This document shows positions 1 through 7,922 of a DNA stretch of 64,000 bases, one piece after another (positions within the stretch are counted from its first letter, which is position 1; every line of letters begins with the position of its first letter). The notes beneath the pieces were generated by a model. The model did no database searches. It saw only the letters and a program-made list of their open reading frames with translations, and was not told the origin of the DNA. The position numbers and the translations under genes were made by a program. Source of the stretch: a virus (Duplodnaviria; Caudoviricetes); the IMG/VR virus record IMGVR_UViG_2905444465_000001, positions 1 to 64,000 of that record; one strand, given 5' to 3'.

Positions 1-67
1 ATTTAAAATGCTGTGGAATTTACTTTTGCACTGGAATTTACTTTTTCAAGTCAGCTTTCAAAACCTT

Positions 68-808
68 TTATTCCTCATCATATTTTTTACAATAAATTTC
101 AATTGCTCTAGCCACAAACTCTGCCGTTCCTTCACCACCATATTCATCAATATTTTTCGTAATTTCACCACCACCTGAGTAAATCTTACCAAGACCTCTG
201 AGAATCTTGTTACTACAAGTATACAGATTTTCTGTAATAAAATTTTGTATTCTCTTAACAAGATCTTGTGCTTCAGATGATGCTGCGCCACATTCTTTTA
301 AGCCACCAGCTTCTTTAAAAAGCAGCATAAATCTATCTGCTAAAAGCTTATCATCATCTGCCGAACGATTATTCTGTTTCTCTTCCATCTCATTATACTC
401 TGGGGTGTTACTATACAGTTCCTTTGCCTGTTTAGAATATTCATCCAATTTACTTCGATCAAACGCTTTAAAATCCATGTTCTTCACTCCTAACAATTTT
501 ATTCCAAGTGCAAAGTTCATAAGATTATCAATATGTTCTTTCTTAAGCTTAAGCAACTCGATCTGTTGCTCCAATGCTTTTTCTCTATCGAAATCCGGAC
601 TGTTAAGAATCGCCTTTATGTCTTTTAAAGGAAATTCCAGTTCACGAAAAAGTAAAATGTGCTGTAACCTCTCCAGGTCTGTATCGTCATACAGCCTGTA
701 TCCTGCATCTGAATGTCCTGACGGATGCAACAGGTCAATTTTGTCATAATACTGCAAGGTGCGTATACTCACCCCTGCAAGTTTGCTTACTTCATGTATT
801 GTCATCAT
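68..808 (-). CDS. MerR-family transcriptional regulator, TipA/Mta type (HTH plus TipAS-like effector domain)
   Basis: N-terminal MerR HTH (TIHEVSKLAGVSIRTLQYYD...GYRLY), coiled coil and C-terminal TipAS-like region; 246 aa. Confidence 0.9.
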   Translation of the reverse strand: MMTIHEVSKLAGVSIRTLQYYDKIDLLHPSGHSDAGYRLYDDTDLERLQHILLFRELEFPLKDIKAILNSPDFDREKALEQQIELLKLKKEHIDNLMNFALGIKLLGVKNMDFKAFDRSKLDEYSKQAKELYSNTPEYNEMEEKQNNRSADDDKLLADRFMLLFKEAGGLKECGAASSEAQDLVKRIQNFITENLYTCSNKILRGLGKIYSGGGEITKNIDEYGGEGTAEFVARAIEIYCKKYDEE

Positions 809-839
809 AGCGGATTCCTCTCTTTCACTTGGTAACCTT

Positions 840-870
840 ACTTTAAACTATTACGCAACGTAGGAGTCAA
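840..870 (-). promoter_or_regulatory. MerR-type promoter with 19-bp spacer and dyad operator (Mta/TipA-like autoregulation)
   Basis: Minus strand reads TTGACT-cctacgttgcgtaatagtt(19)-TAAAGT, with the dyad TACG-TTG-CGTA in the spacer, directly upstream of the MerR gene; resembles the B. subtilis mta promoter. Confidence 0.8.
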
Positions 871-893
871 TAGAATATTTAAAATTTTTTATT

Positions 894-1610
894 CTATTTA
901 AGATTTTCCACATATTCTTCCAAGCACAATCCACTCTGATGAATCTCCTCTGCTGCTTCTTTTCCCACATAGCGATAATGCCACGGTTCATTAGCAACTC
1001 CTGTAATGCTTGTCTTTCCGGACGGATATCTTTGAATAAATCCGTATTTGTATGAATTCTCCAGTAACCAGTTATAAACATCATCACGAGAACATTTAGA
1101 AGTATCTGCATTGATATCTACCGCAAGTCCAAGCTGATGCTCGCTTGTCCCCGGTAATGCTACCCATTCCATTGCTGTTTCCTCTGCCATGTGTTTTGTA
1201 TAACCTTCACTTCGATATGCGGCTATCTTGTCATCTAAAATCTGTTGCTGCTCCTCTGCTGTTCTGTAACCATTTCTAACAAACGGATATACACCTGCAT
1301 TTCTCGCATCATCAAACATTTCCTGCAAGTATGGATAGATTCTTGAATCTATTTTCTGACCATTACTCAATTCCATGAGATCCATTTCATAATCATCTGG
1401 AATATAATTATCCCGATTTACCAACACCAATTCCCATCCATACTTATCACTTGCAATGGGATGTTCTTCCTGTTTTATAGTCCCAAAACCTTGTAACTTT
1501 TCCGGTAGCCCGACCGCATCATTGGTTACAAATGTATGTCCTACATGAATAAGAAAGAAAAGAACGAACAACAGAGTTATCTTTTTCAGAAAGCTCTTTT
1601 TCCTTTTCAT
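894..1610 (-). CDS. D-alanyl-D-alanine carboxypeptidase, M15B (VanY-like), membrane anchored
   Basis: SxHxxGxAxD (TSEHQLGLAVD) and EPWH zinc motifs; N-terminal hydrophobic anchor. Confidence 0.9.
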   Translation of the reverse strand: MKRKKSFLKKITLLFVLFFLIHVGHTFVTNDAVGLPEKLQGFGTIKQEEHPIASDKYGWELVLVNRDNYIPDDYEMDLMELSNGQKIDSRIYPYLQEMFDDARNAGVYPFVRNGYRTAEEQQQILDDKIAAYRSEGYTKHMAEETAMEWVALPGTSEHQLGLAVDINADTSKCSRDDVYNWLLENSYKYGFIQRYPSGKTSITGVANEPWHYRYVGKEAAEEIHQSGLCLEEYVENLK

Positions 1611-2834
1611 CTACTTAATCTCCGTTTTATGATAGACATGATACATAAGCGGAACCATCAAAATACTTAGGATTGGATAAATGACCAGCATGATTGGTAT
1701 CGAGCCGACAATCTTACCGCCAATATGATATAAATCAAATGTATTGATAATCTCATTGATCTGTAGCAAGCGGTCTGGGAACACACCCAATATTCCCGAT
1801 AAGAAATCGAAATTTGATACAAACAGTGGTAAAAACAGGATTGCAAAAGGTATTGTAACCGCAACAACTGCTGTATGCGTCTTTGCTGACACAAGCATAG
1901 ACAGAAACAGGCAAAATACGGTTCCAATATATCCGGCAACTACCGTGAGCAAATACAACTGCATATAGGTGATATTGTAAAAAGATTTCCAATGCCAGAA
2001 GCCTGTCTGTATCATGACATTTCCACCTTGCGATCCAAGACATCCCAATACCACAAGTGAATACAGCGATATTACAATAAAGTAAATAACTGATACCACG
2101 ATAAATCCTGCCATGATCTTTGCTCTCGTTCCCCTATCCCTTCCATATTTTGTTGAGAAAAATATGGAATCTGATTTCCAACTAAATTCATTGGAAAAGA
2201 TACCTGACACCAAGAATGCTGACACAAGCATAATGAGCATAATAATCGTCTGAGCGTAACTCAGTGCTGATTTCCAGCCATCGTAGTCCTCATAGTATAA
2301 AGGTGCTTTCATCTCACGGTACTGCTCTATCAAAAATGCTTTCTCGTTTTCATCGAATAAACCATCAGCATCTTCGGAGTTCAACCATTTTTCCAAACTC
2401 TTTCCACGGTTCTCATAGATCTGTCCCACTTCTTCTTTCGATAAGGAATCAATACGATAATAATTAAAGTCTCTAAATTCGCAAAATCCCATATTGATCA
2501 TGTCCTTGATTTCTGAAAACCCTTGTACCTTGGAATCATGCAATAAGTTAGCAGAATCATCTCCAGGGCGAATGGGATATTCTTCACTAATCTTTTTATA
2601 TTCATCCAGGACCGCTTGTAATGCTGCTTCATCTAAAACACCTTTCCACTTCTGCTTTTCTTCCCGCAGACTCTTTGCTGCTGCGATTCCTGTATGAGAT
2701 TTGCCCTGCTCATCCAAAAAACTGACATTCGTGATTGCGAAATAGCAGGATATCAAAAGTGAAAATAACAACACGACCAATGATACTTTACTGAGGCTCT
2801 TAGAAAAGATTTTCTTAATCTCATATCTAATCAT
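1611..2834 (-). CDS. ABC-2-type transporter permease
   Basis: N-terminal TM helix, large extracytoplasmic loop and about 5 C-terminal TM helices; ATGA overlap with the ATPase gene. Confidence 0.85.
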   Translation of the reverse strand: MIRYEIKKIFSKSLSKVSLVVLLFSLLISCYFAITNVSFLDEQGKSHTGIAAAKSLREEKQKWKGVLDEAALQAVLDEYKKISEEYPIRPGDDSANLLHDSKVQGFSEIKDMINMGFCEFRDFNYYRIDSLSKEEVGQIYENRGKSLEKWLNSEDADGLFDENEKAFLIEQYREMKAPLYYEDYDGWKSALSYAQTIIMLIMLVSAFLVSGIFSNEFSWKSDSIFFSTKYGRDRGTRAKIMAGFIVVSVIYFIVISLYSLVVLGCLGSQGGNVMIQTGFWHWKSFYNITYMQLYLLTVVAGYIGTVFCLFLSMLVSAKTHTAVVAVTIPFAILFLPLFVSNFDFLSGILGVFPDRLLQINEIINTFDLYHIGGKIVGSIPIMLVIYPILSILMVPLMYHVYHKTEIK

Positions 2835-3709
2835 TCCATCTCACCACCCTTTTCACCGAAATAATATAAGAACACATCCTCCAATGTCGGCTCCACCACA
2901 GATGCTCCAGCAATCGGTGGCTCACCGGCAATAATACGCAATTCCACCATTCCCCTTTCCGATTTCATATTAGACACCTTAAATTTTTTCATCATCTTCG
3001 TTGCATCTGCCTGTGATACTTCACACGCATATACCTTTTCCTGCATAGAAGCAAGTGTCTGATCAAGGTTTCCCTGCTGCATGATTTGTCCATCCTTCAT
3101 CAGCCAGATTTCATTGGCAATATACTCTACATCTGAAACAATATGCGTCGATAAAATAACAATCCGATCCTCTGAGAGTTCACTAATCAGGTTTCTAAAA
3201 CGCACCCTTTCCGTCGGATCAAGTCCAGCCGTAGGCTCATCCAAAATAAGAATTTTGGGATTGTTTAGCATTGCCTGGGCAATTCCTGCTCTACGTTTCA
3301 TTCCACCGGACAGCTTCTTCATCTTCTTATTTGCTGACTTTGTAAGTCCAACCTGTGCAAGCAAGTCCTTTACCCGTTTACCAGCAACCATAGGTCGAAT
3401 ACCCTTTAAGCTGGCAATATACAGTAAATAGTCTTTTACTGTGAAATCCGGATAGAATCCGAACTCCTGAGGTAAGTATCCAAGCAAATTTCGATATTCT
3501 CCATCCATTTTGAAAATATCCTTTCCATCGCACAGAATCTGTCCGCGTGTCGGTGGCAAAAGGGTACAGATCATTCGCATAAGCGTTGTCTTGCCTGCAC
3601 CATTCACACCTAAAAGTCCATATACTCCATTCTCTATCGTCAGGTTTAAGTTCTCTACTGCCCGAAAGTCCCCAAACTTTCTTGTAACATTAACCATTTG
3701 TAATTTCAT
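2831..3709 (-). CDS. ABC transporter ATP-binding protein
   Basis: Walker A GVNGAGKT, signature LSGGM, Walker B ILILDE, H-loop STH; start taken at MKLQMV (3709). Confidence 0.95.
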   Translation of the reverse strand: MKLQMVNVTRKFGDFRAVENLNLTIENGVYGLLGVNGAGKTTLMRMICTLLPPTRGQILCDGKDIFKMDGEYRNLLGYLPQEFGFYPDFTVKDYLLYIASLKGIRPMVAGKRVKDLLAQVGLTKSANKKMKKLSGGMKRRAGIAQAMLNNPKILILDEPTAGLDPTERVRFRNLISELSEDRIVILSTHIVSDVEYIANEIWLMKDGQIMQQGNLDQTLASMQEKVYACEVSQADATKMMKKFKVSNMKSERGMVELRIIAGEPPIAGASVVEPTLEDVFLYYFGEKGGEME

Positions 3710-4460
3710 ATAGATTTCCCTCCATCGTCGAACATAAGCGGTTGCAGTCATGTATTGCCTTATACACAGCACCAATCAGGAAACAGCTTGCTAATCCAAA
3801 TAAGATACTCCATACAGGAAATGTAATCTTAGCATAAATAAAATCATTCATTGTAACCATCCACCAGATCACACTCCACAAAAAGCAACCGAGCATGGAT
3901 GCTGCCTCATTCAAAGCGCTGCTGTTTAACATGGCAAAGCAGATTCCAGCAGCAACGACCATTGGGAACAAAAACTGCACCAAAATATCCATAAACTGCA
4001 TTCTCATACCCACACAGCAAACGAACATAAATAGCGTTATCATAAATACATCCGCCACTCCTATCAAAAATACTCGTGCGGAATATATCTGTCTGAGGGA
4101 ATATAGGCACGCTGCCTCAACCTGTAAGGAATCACTTTCTTTGTTTCTCCAAAATTCCGGAATGATCATAACGATAAAAAGGACAGAGGAAGTTCCCAGT
4201 GTTCTCATCAAATATTCGCTATCATCCAGATAATTCATGAGAAAAAATGTCACTATCAGTAATGCTGCCTGCAACATCCACCATCTCTTTCGAATCAGCC
4301 GAAATTGAGAAAATAAAAACTCTCCATAGCTCATCGTATGTTCAGACTGAACTTCCATCATAACTTCCTTCGATTTTTGAATCGTTTCCAGAATCTTTTC
4401 TTCTCTTGGAATAACTTTTGTTTCCATTTTATAGTTTTGTATCATCTTTTCCAAATTCAT
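3690..4460 (-). CDS. Multi-pass membrane protein directly downstream of the ECF sigma (anti-sigma or permease-like)
   Basis: About 6 hydrophobic segments; overlaps both neighbours. Function is inferred from position only. Confidence 0.6.
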   Translation of the reverse strand: MNLEKMIQNYKMETKVIPREEKILETIQKSKEVMMEVQSEHTMSYGEFLFSQFRLIRKRWWMLQAALLIVTFFLMNYLDDSEYLMRTLGTSSVLFIVMIIPEFWRNKESDSLQVEAACLYSLRQIYSARVFLIGVADVFMITLFMFVCCVGMRMQFMDILVQFLFPMVVAAGICFAMLNSSALNEAASMLGCFLWSVIWWMVTMNDFIYAKITFPVWSILFGLASCFLIGAVYKAIHDCNRLCSTMEGNLYEITNG

Positions 4461-4983
4461 CAGAGTCCTCCTCTCCCAAAAGTTTTTTTAATTCTTCTTT
4501 TGCCCTTTTATGTCGGTACTTAACCAGCGGCAAGCCAATTTGTAAGATATCAGCTACCTCTTTTAGCTTACAGTCTCCAAAATAAATTAACAGTATCACT
4601 TCTCTTAACTCTGGGGCTAACCTGCCAAGTGCCTGTTCCACATCCATTCGTTTTTCTTTCCTATGAATACCGCCATCCGAAACCAGCTCTCTTTCCAATA
4701 TTTCCTGCTCTACACTCTCTGCCTTCCATTTCTTTGCGTAGTTCTTACATAAATTACCTGCTATCACATACAGATAATTCTTTGCTTTCCCAATATGCTG
4801 ATAAGATGCAATATTTTCCATAAATCGAAGGAAGGTTTCCTGTGTGAGATCTTCTGCTTCTGCCTGATCCAAACAATGATATCTGCAATAGGATAGAATT
4901 TCTGCATAATATTTCCGTACAAATTTATCAAAAGCCTTTTCGTTGCCCTGTTTCATTTGTAGGATTAAAAGAAAATCATTCAA
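4429..4983 (-). CDS. ECF RNA polymerase sigma-70 factor
   Basis: Region 2 (AEAEDLTQETFLRF...KNYLYVIAGNLCKN) and region 4 HTH; TTG start at 4983 follows an AAGGAGG RBS. Confidence 0.9.
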   Translation of the reverse strand: MNDFLLILQMKQGNEKAFDKFVRKYYAEILSYCRYHCLDQAEAEDLTQETFLRFMENIASYQHIGKAKNYLYVIAGNLCKNYAKKWKAESVEQEILERELVSDGGIHRKEKRMDVEQALGRLAPELREVILLIYFGDCKLKEVADILQIGLPLVKYRHKRAKEELKKLLGEEDSDEFGKDDTKL

Positions 4984-5140
4984 GTTGCCCTCCTTTCCCA
5001 TTTCAGTAATGTATAAACGTTTATTCCATTCTAATATGTATAACAACTGACTACACAAAAAAGATAGTCTATGTTTTAGATTTCTCAAAAAAAGACACCA
5101 ACCCTCTATGGTTGATGTCCTATCAATAGCATTTGTACTC

Positions 5141-5455
5141 CTATATCATCTGAAAATGTCTCAAAGCATCCTCAATTGCCTTCTCCTTCTCAGCCGGGCA
5201 CTTTGGCTGCCTAGCATCTTCACTCTTCGGAAGATTGAAATTCTCCCTCATATCAAGTCCATGCTTTGCCTTTACCTGCGCAATATACAGACTTGATACC
5301 TTGTATCCGGTCTGTTCCTTCACATAGTCCTTAATCGCTTCGTATGTGGCTCCCTTCTTAAATCTGGACATATCCATATTTGCGAGAGACATTTCAACCT
5401 TTACTTTCTGAGAGTCGATTATACCCTTGGAAAGCAAGACAACCGTCTCAACATG
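5141..5455 (-). pseudogene. rlmD: Detached 3' end of 23S rRNA (uracil-5)-methyltransferase, with C-terminal extension
   Basis: Reading upstream of the listed ORF gives HVETVVLLSKG, the C-terminal motif of RlmD/RumA; the 5' part of the gene is not adjacent. Confidence 0.8.
5442..5452. repeat. att core ACCGTCTCAAC (left boundary of the phage-derived island)
   Basis: Identical 11-mer at 31132-31142; both encode VETV of RlmD on the minus strand. Confidence 0.8.
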
Positions 5456-5535
5456 GCTCGATAGGTCCGGATTGATGTCGGTTATCTGGAACCTATCCAG
5501 ACTAATATGGTTTGCACCAAAATATCTCCGTTTGT

Positions 5536-5595
5536 TTACGGAAACATATCAACAAATTCTGTAGAAAAAATATCTTGATACATTCTGCTATCCAT
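5536..5595 (-). CDS. Putative 19-aa peptide MDSRMYQDIFSTEFVDMFP
   Basis: ATG to TAA with GAGGT 12 nt upstream and a consensus promoter just upstream; ends in an RlmD-like VDMFP. It may be incidental. Confidence 0.3.
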   Translation of the reverse strand: MDSRMYQDIFSTEFVDMFP

Positions 5596-5655
5596 ATCAC
5601 AACCTGAACCTCGTTCGTCCACGGAAAAAGTTCAACTTTTTTATTCGTTTCTACT

Positions 5656-5683
5656 ATTATAGTGATTCAAACATAAAAGTCAA
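5656..5683 (-). promoter_or_regulatory. Near-consensus sigma-A promoter facing out of the island
   Basis: Minus strand TTGACT-N16-TATAAT. Confidence 0.6.
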
Positions 5684-5700
5684 ATTTTGCGAGGACCCGC

Positions 5701-5790
5701 CATCGTCTCAACCTTGTCCGTTCTTCCTACAAAAACAGGTCAACGGCTATTTTTAGCCCTAACTGATGGCCTTGCTTCCATGCACTCGAC
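5701..5790 (-). pseudogene. Degenerate rlmD fragment (fossil att-like sequence)
   Basis: Translates as SLPRSSAWKQGHQLGLKIAVDLF...RTDKVETM with a frame break, resembling RlmD SLARD...GY...AVDMFPRTxHVETV; contains CGTCTCAAC at 5704-5712. Confidence 0.55.
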
Positions 5791-5823
5791 CTTGGCAAGC
5801 TGAAAATTTTAATGGAGATGCTA

Positions 5824-6870
5824 CTACTTCTTCGCATTCTCTTCCAGTTCCAGCATGTATTTATCAAAGTCAGACATGAACAATCTGTCCTGAATAACAC
5901 GATACTTTTCAAATTCAGTCTCAGCTTTTGCCTTGGCAATCTCAGCAGTAATTTTGCCTGCATCCTGAAGGACCTCTCTGTCATCAGCCATCAGGAATAG
6001 ATCCAGTCGCTTTGACCAATCCTCCATCGTCATCGGGATATGACGCTCTGCTCGATCCTCTGCCAGATCCAAATAAGCCGAAACGATACGCTCTAATGAA
6101 CGCATTTCCTTTTCTGAAAGATAATTCTTTGCAACGCTCACATCACTTTTTACAATCTTGCCTTCCGGTGCTTCTGCCCACGTGGTCAGCCCCATATGTG
6201 GCTTATCAGCATCTGCTCGCTCATAAATCAACTCTGCTGCCGTATGTCCGTGAACTGCATAATGCATCTTGTTCTGCACCTTGGCAAAAAACTGCTTTGT
6301 TGTTTTGGCTGTGCGGTCGTAATCAAGAGCTGTAGCATAGATGTCCGTTATTTTCTGATAGAATCTACGCTCAGATAAACGGATCTCACGAATATGCTCA
6401 AGCAAACGATCAAAATATTCTGTTGTAAGCACTGATCCACCATTTTTTAGACGTTCGTCATCCATAACCCAGCCTTTGATGGTGTAGTCCTTGGCAATTT
6501 GATTGACCCATTTACGGAACTGCACCGCACGCTCAGAATTGACCTTGAATCCAACAGCAATGATCATTTGAAGATTATAATGTTTCGTATCACGAGTGAC
6601 CTGGCGTGAACCTTCGGTTTGAACTATCCGGAAATTCCGGATAGTTGCCTCTTCCTCAAGCTCTGAGTCGGAATAAATCTTCTTAATATGCTCATTGATT
6701 GTACGAACATCTACATCATATAGTGTGGCCATCATCTTCTGTGTCAGCCATATATTCTCATCTTCGTAGCGCATCTCAATACTGTCCTGCTGATCACCAA
6801 CAGAGGCAACATAGGTCAGATATTCCGCTGCGCTGGAACGGATGGTTATTTCATCTTTTTTCTTTTTCAA
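5824..6870 (-). CDS. rhuM: RhuM-family (virulence RhuM) DNA-binding protein
   Basis: WLTQKMMATLY, HYNLQMIIAVGFKVNSERAVQFRKW, IRLSERRFYQKITDIYA and KNYLSEKE motifs. Confidence 0.85.
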   Translation of the reverse strand: MKKKKDEITIRSSAAEYLTYVASVGDQQDSIEMRYEDENIWLTQKMMATLYDVDVRTINEHIKKIYSDSELEEEATIRNFRIVQTEGSRQVTRDTKHYNLQMIIAVGFKVNSERAVQFRKWVNQIAKDYTIKGWVMDDERLKNGGSVLTTEYFDRLLEHIREIRLSERRFYQKITDIYATALDYDRTAKTTKQFFAKVQNKMHYAVHGHTAAELIYERADADKPHMGLTTWAEAPEGKIVKSDVSVAKNYLSEKEMRSLERIVSAYLDLAEDRAERHIPMTMEDWSKRLDLFLMADDREVLQDAGKITAEIAKAKAETEFEKYRVIQDRLFMSDFDKYMLELEENAKK

Positions 6871-6884
6871 ATAGGATGCCTCCT

Positions 6885-7922
6885 TTATAAATCGAAATGC
6901 GTTTTTGCTATTGTATTTAGCTGTCCTGCTATTTCATCAAATGGTAAATTCAAATCCAGAGTCCTGACAGTAATCTGGTTTCCACTCATCTGATACACAT
7001 TATTCGGATATATCTCTTCATCAGTCTTGGCATACAAAAGCATTCCCGAAACCGTGTGGTCCTTCTCTCTCATTTCATATTCCTTGTTTTTCACATAAGT
7101 AAAAATCTGATAAAGATTGCCTGAATGAAGTGTATGCTTGTCAAACTGCACCTGTGTGCTGTGCTCATAGTACTTTGCGTCAATAATAAGAACTTTCTCA
7201 CCATTTTGGAGCATAATGTCACTTTGCATCACAGGCAACATAGAGTTTTCTTCATCGTCCAGTTGCCAAGGAATCTGTGATGCATTTGCGGTAATCTGAT
7301 TTTTAAACTCTCTCCTGTAATATTCCAGGATGAACTTCTCATACAATCGACACATTCGCTGCTCGTCTAAAAAGTCCATCAACTTGGTATGCCCATTCGA
7401 TTGTGTTTGCAATAGACCCTTTACTACCAGGTAGCATATTGAAATTAGCATACGATAAGTCTGGTTATTTCGATTGTACTGAACATTCCAATTTACCGTA
7501 TACAAATCAATAAAATCCACCTCGCTGAAATACACCATTAACTTTCTAAGATTTTTCTTGCGCTGTTTCGATATATTCGAACGAAGGAGAAGTTCAACTG
7601 TAGATTTGATGATCCGATTCATGATGCTGTTAACCGAAAACTCATCGTATGTACAGATTAGCTGTTTCCGTAACATTGACTGTGTCTTGATAGACTCTGC
7701 AATATCAATCTTTCCTCGCAGAGAAGAGAGCGTCTCCGTCTGCGGAATATATTCTTTGCCAAGTCCTCTCTTTAGCTGAATCGCGATACCTTTTTCTAAG
7801 ATAGCCGCCATCAGCTCGCCAGTATTATTAAATTGTTCTGTGGCTATATTCTTATAACCTTGCTCATTCAATACCTGAAATGCATAGGACAGCATATAAT
7901 AGATGTTTTGAATCGGTATCAC
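6885..7922 (-). CDS. mcrC: McrC subunit of a modification-dependent restriction endonuclease
   Basis: MIPIQNIYYMLSYA start, PD-(D/E)xK core IIDAKYY, NLYQIFTY; coupled to mcrB. Confidence 0.92.
   Translation of the reverse strand: MIPIQNIYYMLSYAFQVLNEQGYKNIATEQFNNTGELMAAILEKGIAIQLKRGLGKEYIPQTETLSSLRGKIDIAESIKTQSMLRKQLICTYDEFSVNSIMNRIIKSTVELLLRSNISKQRKKNLRKLMVYFSEVDFIDLYTVNWNVQYNRNNQTYRMLISICYLVVKGLLQTQSNGHTKLMDFLDEQRMCRLYEKFILEYYRREFKNQITANASQIPWQLDDEENSMLPVMQSDIMLQNGEKVLIIDAKYYEHSTQVQFDKHTLHSGNLYQIFTYVKNKEYEMREKDHTVSGMLLYAKTDEEIYPNNVYQMSGNQITVRTLDLNLPFDEIAGQLNTIAKTHFDL

Noticed and set aside
894-1610. Vancomycin-resistance (van) cluster
   Set aside because: Only a VanY-like peptidase is present; there is no ligase, VanH, VanX or VanRS in the window.
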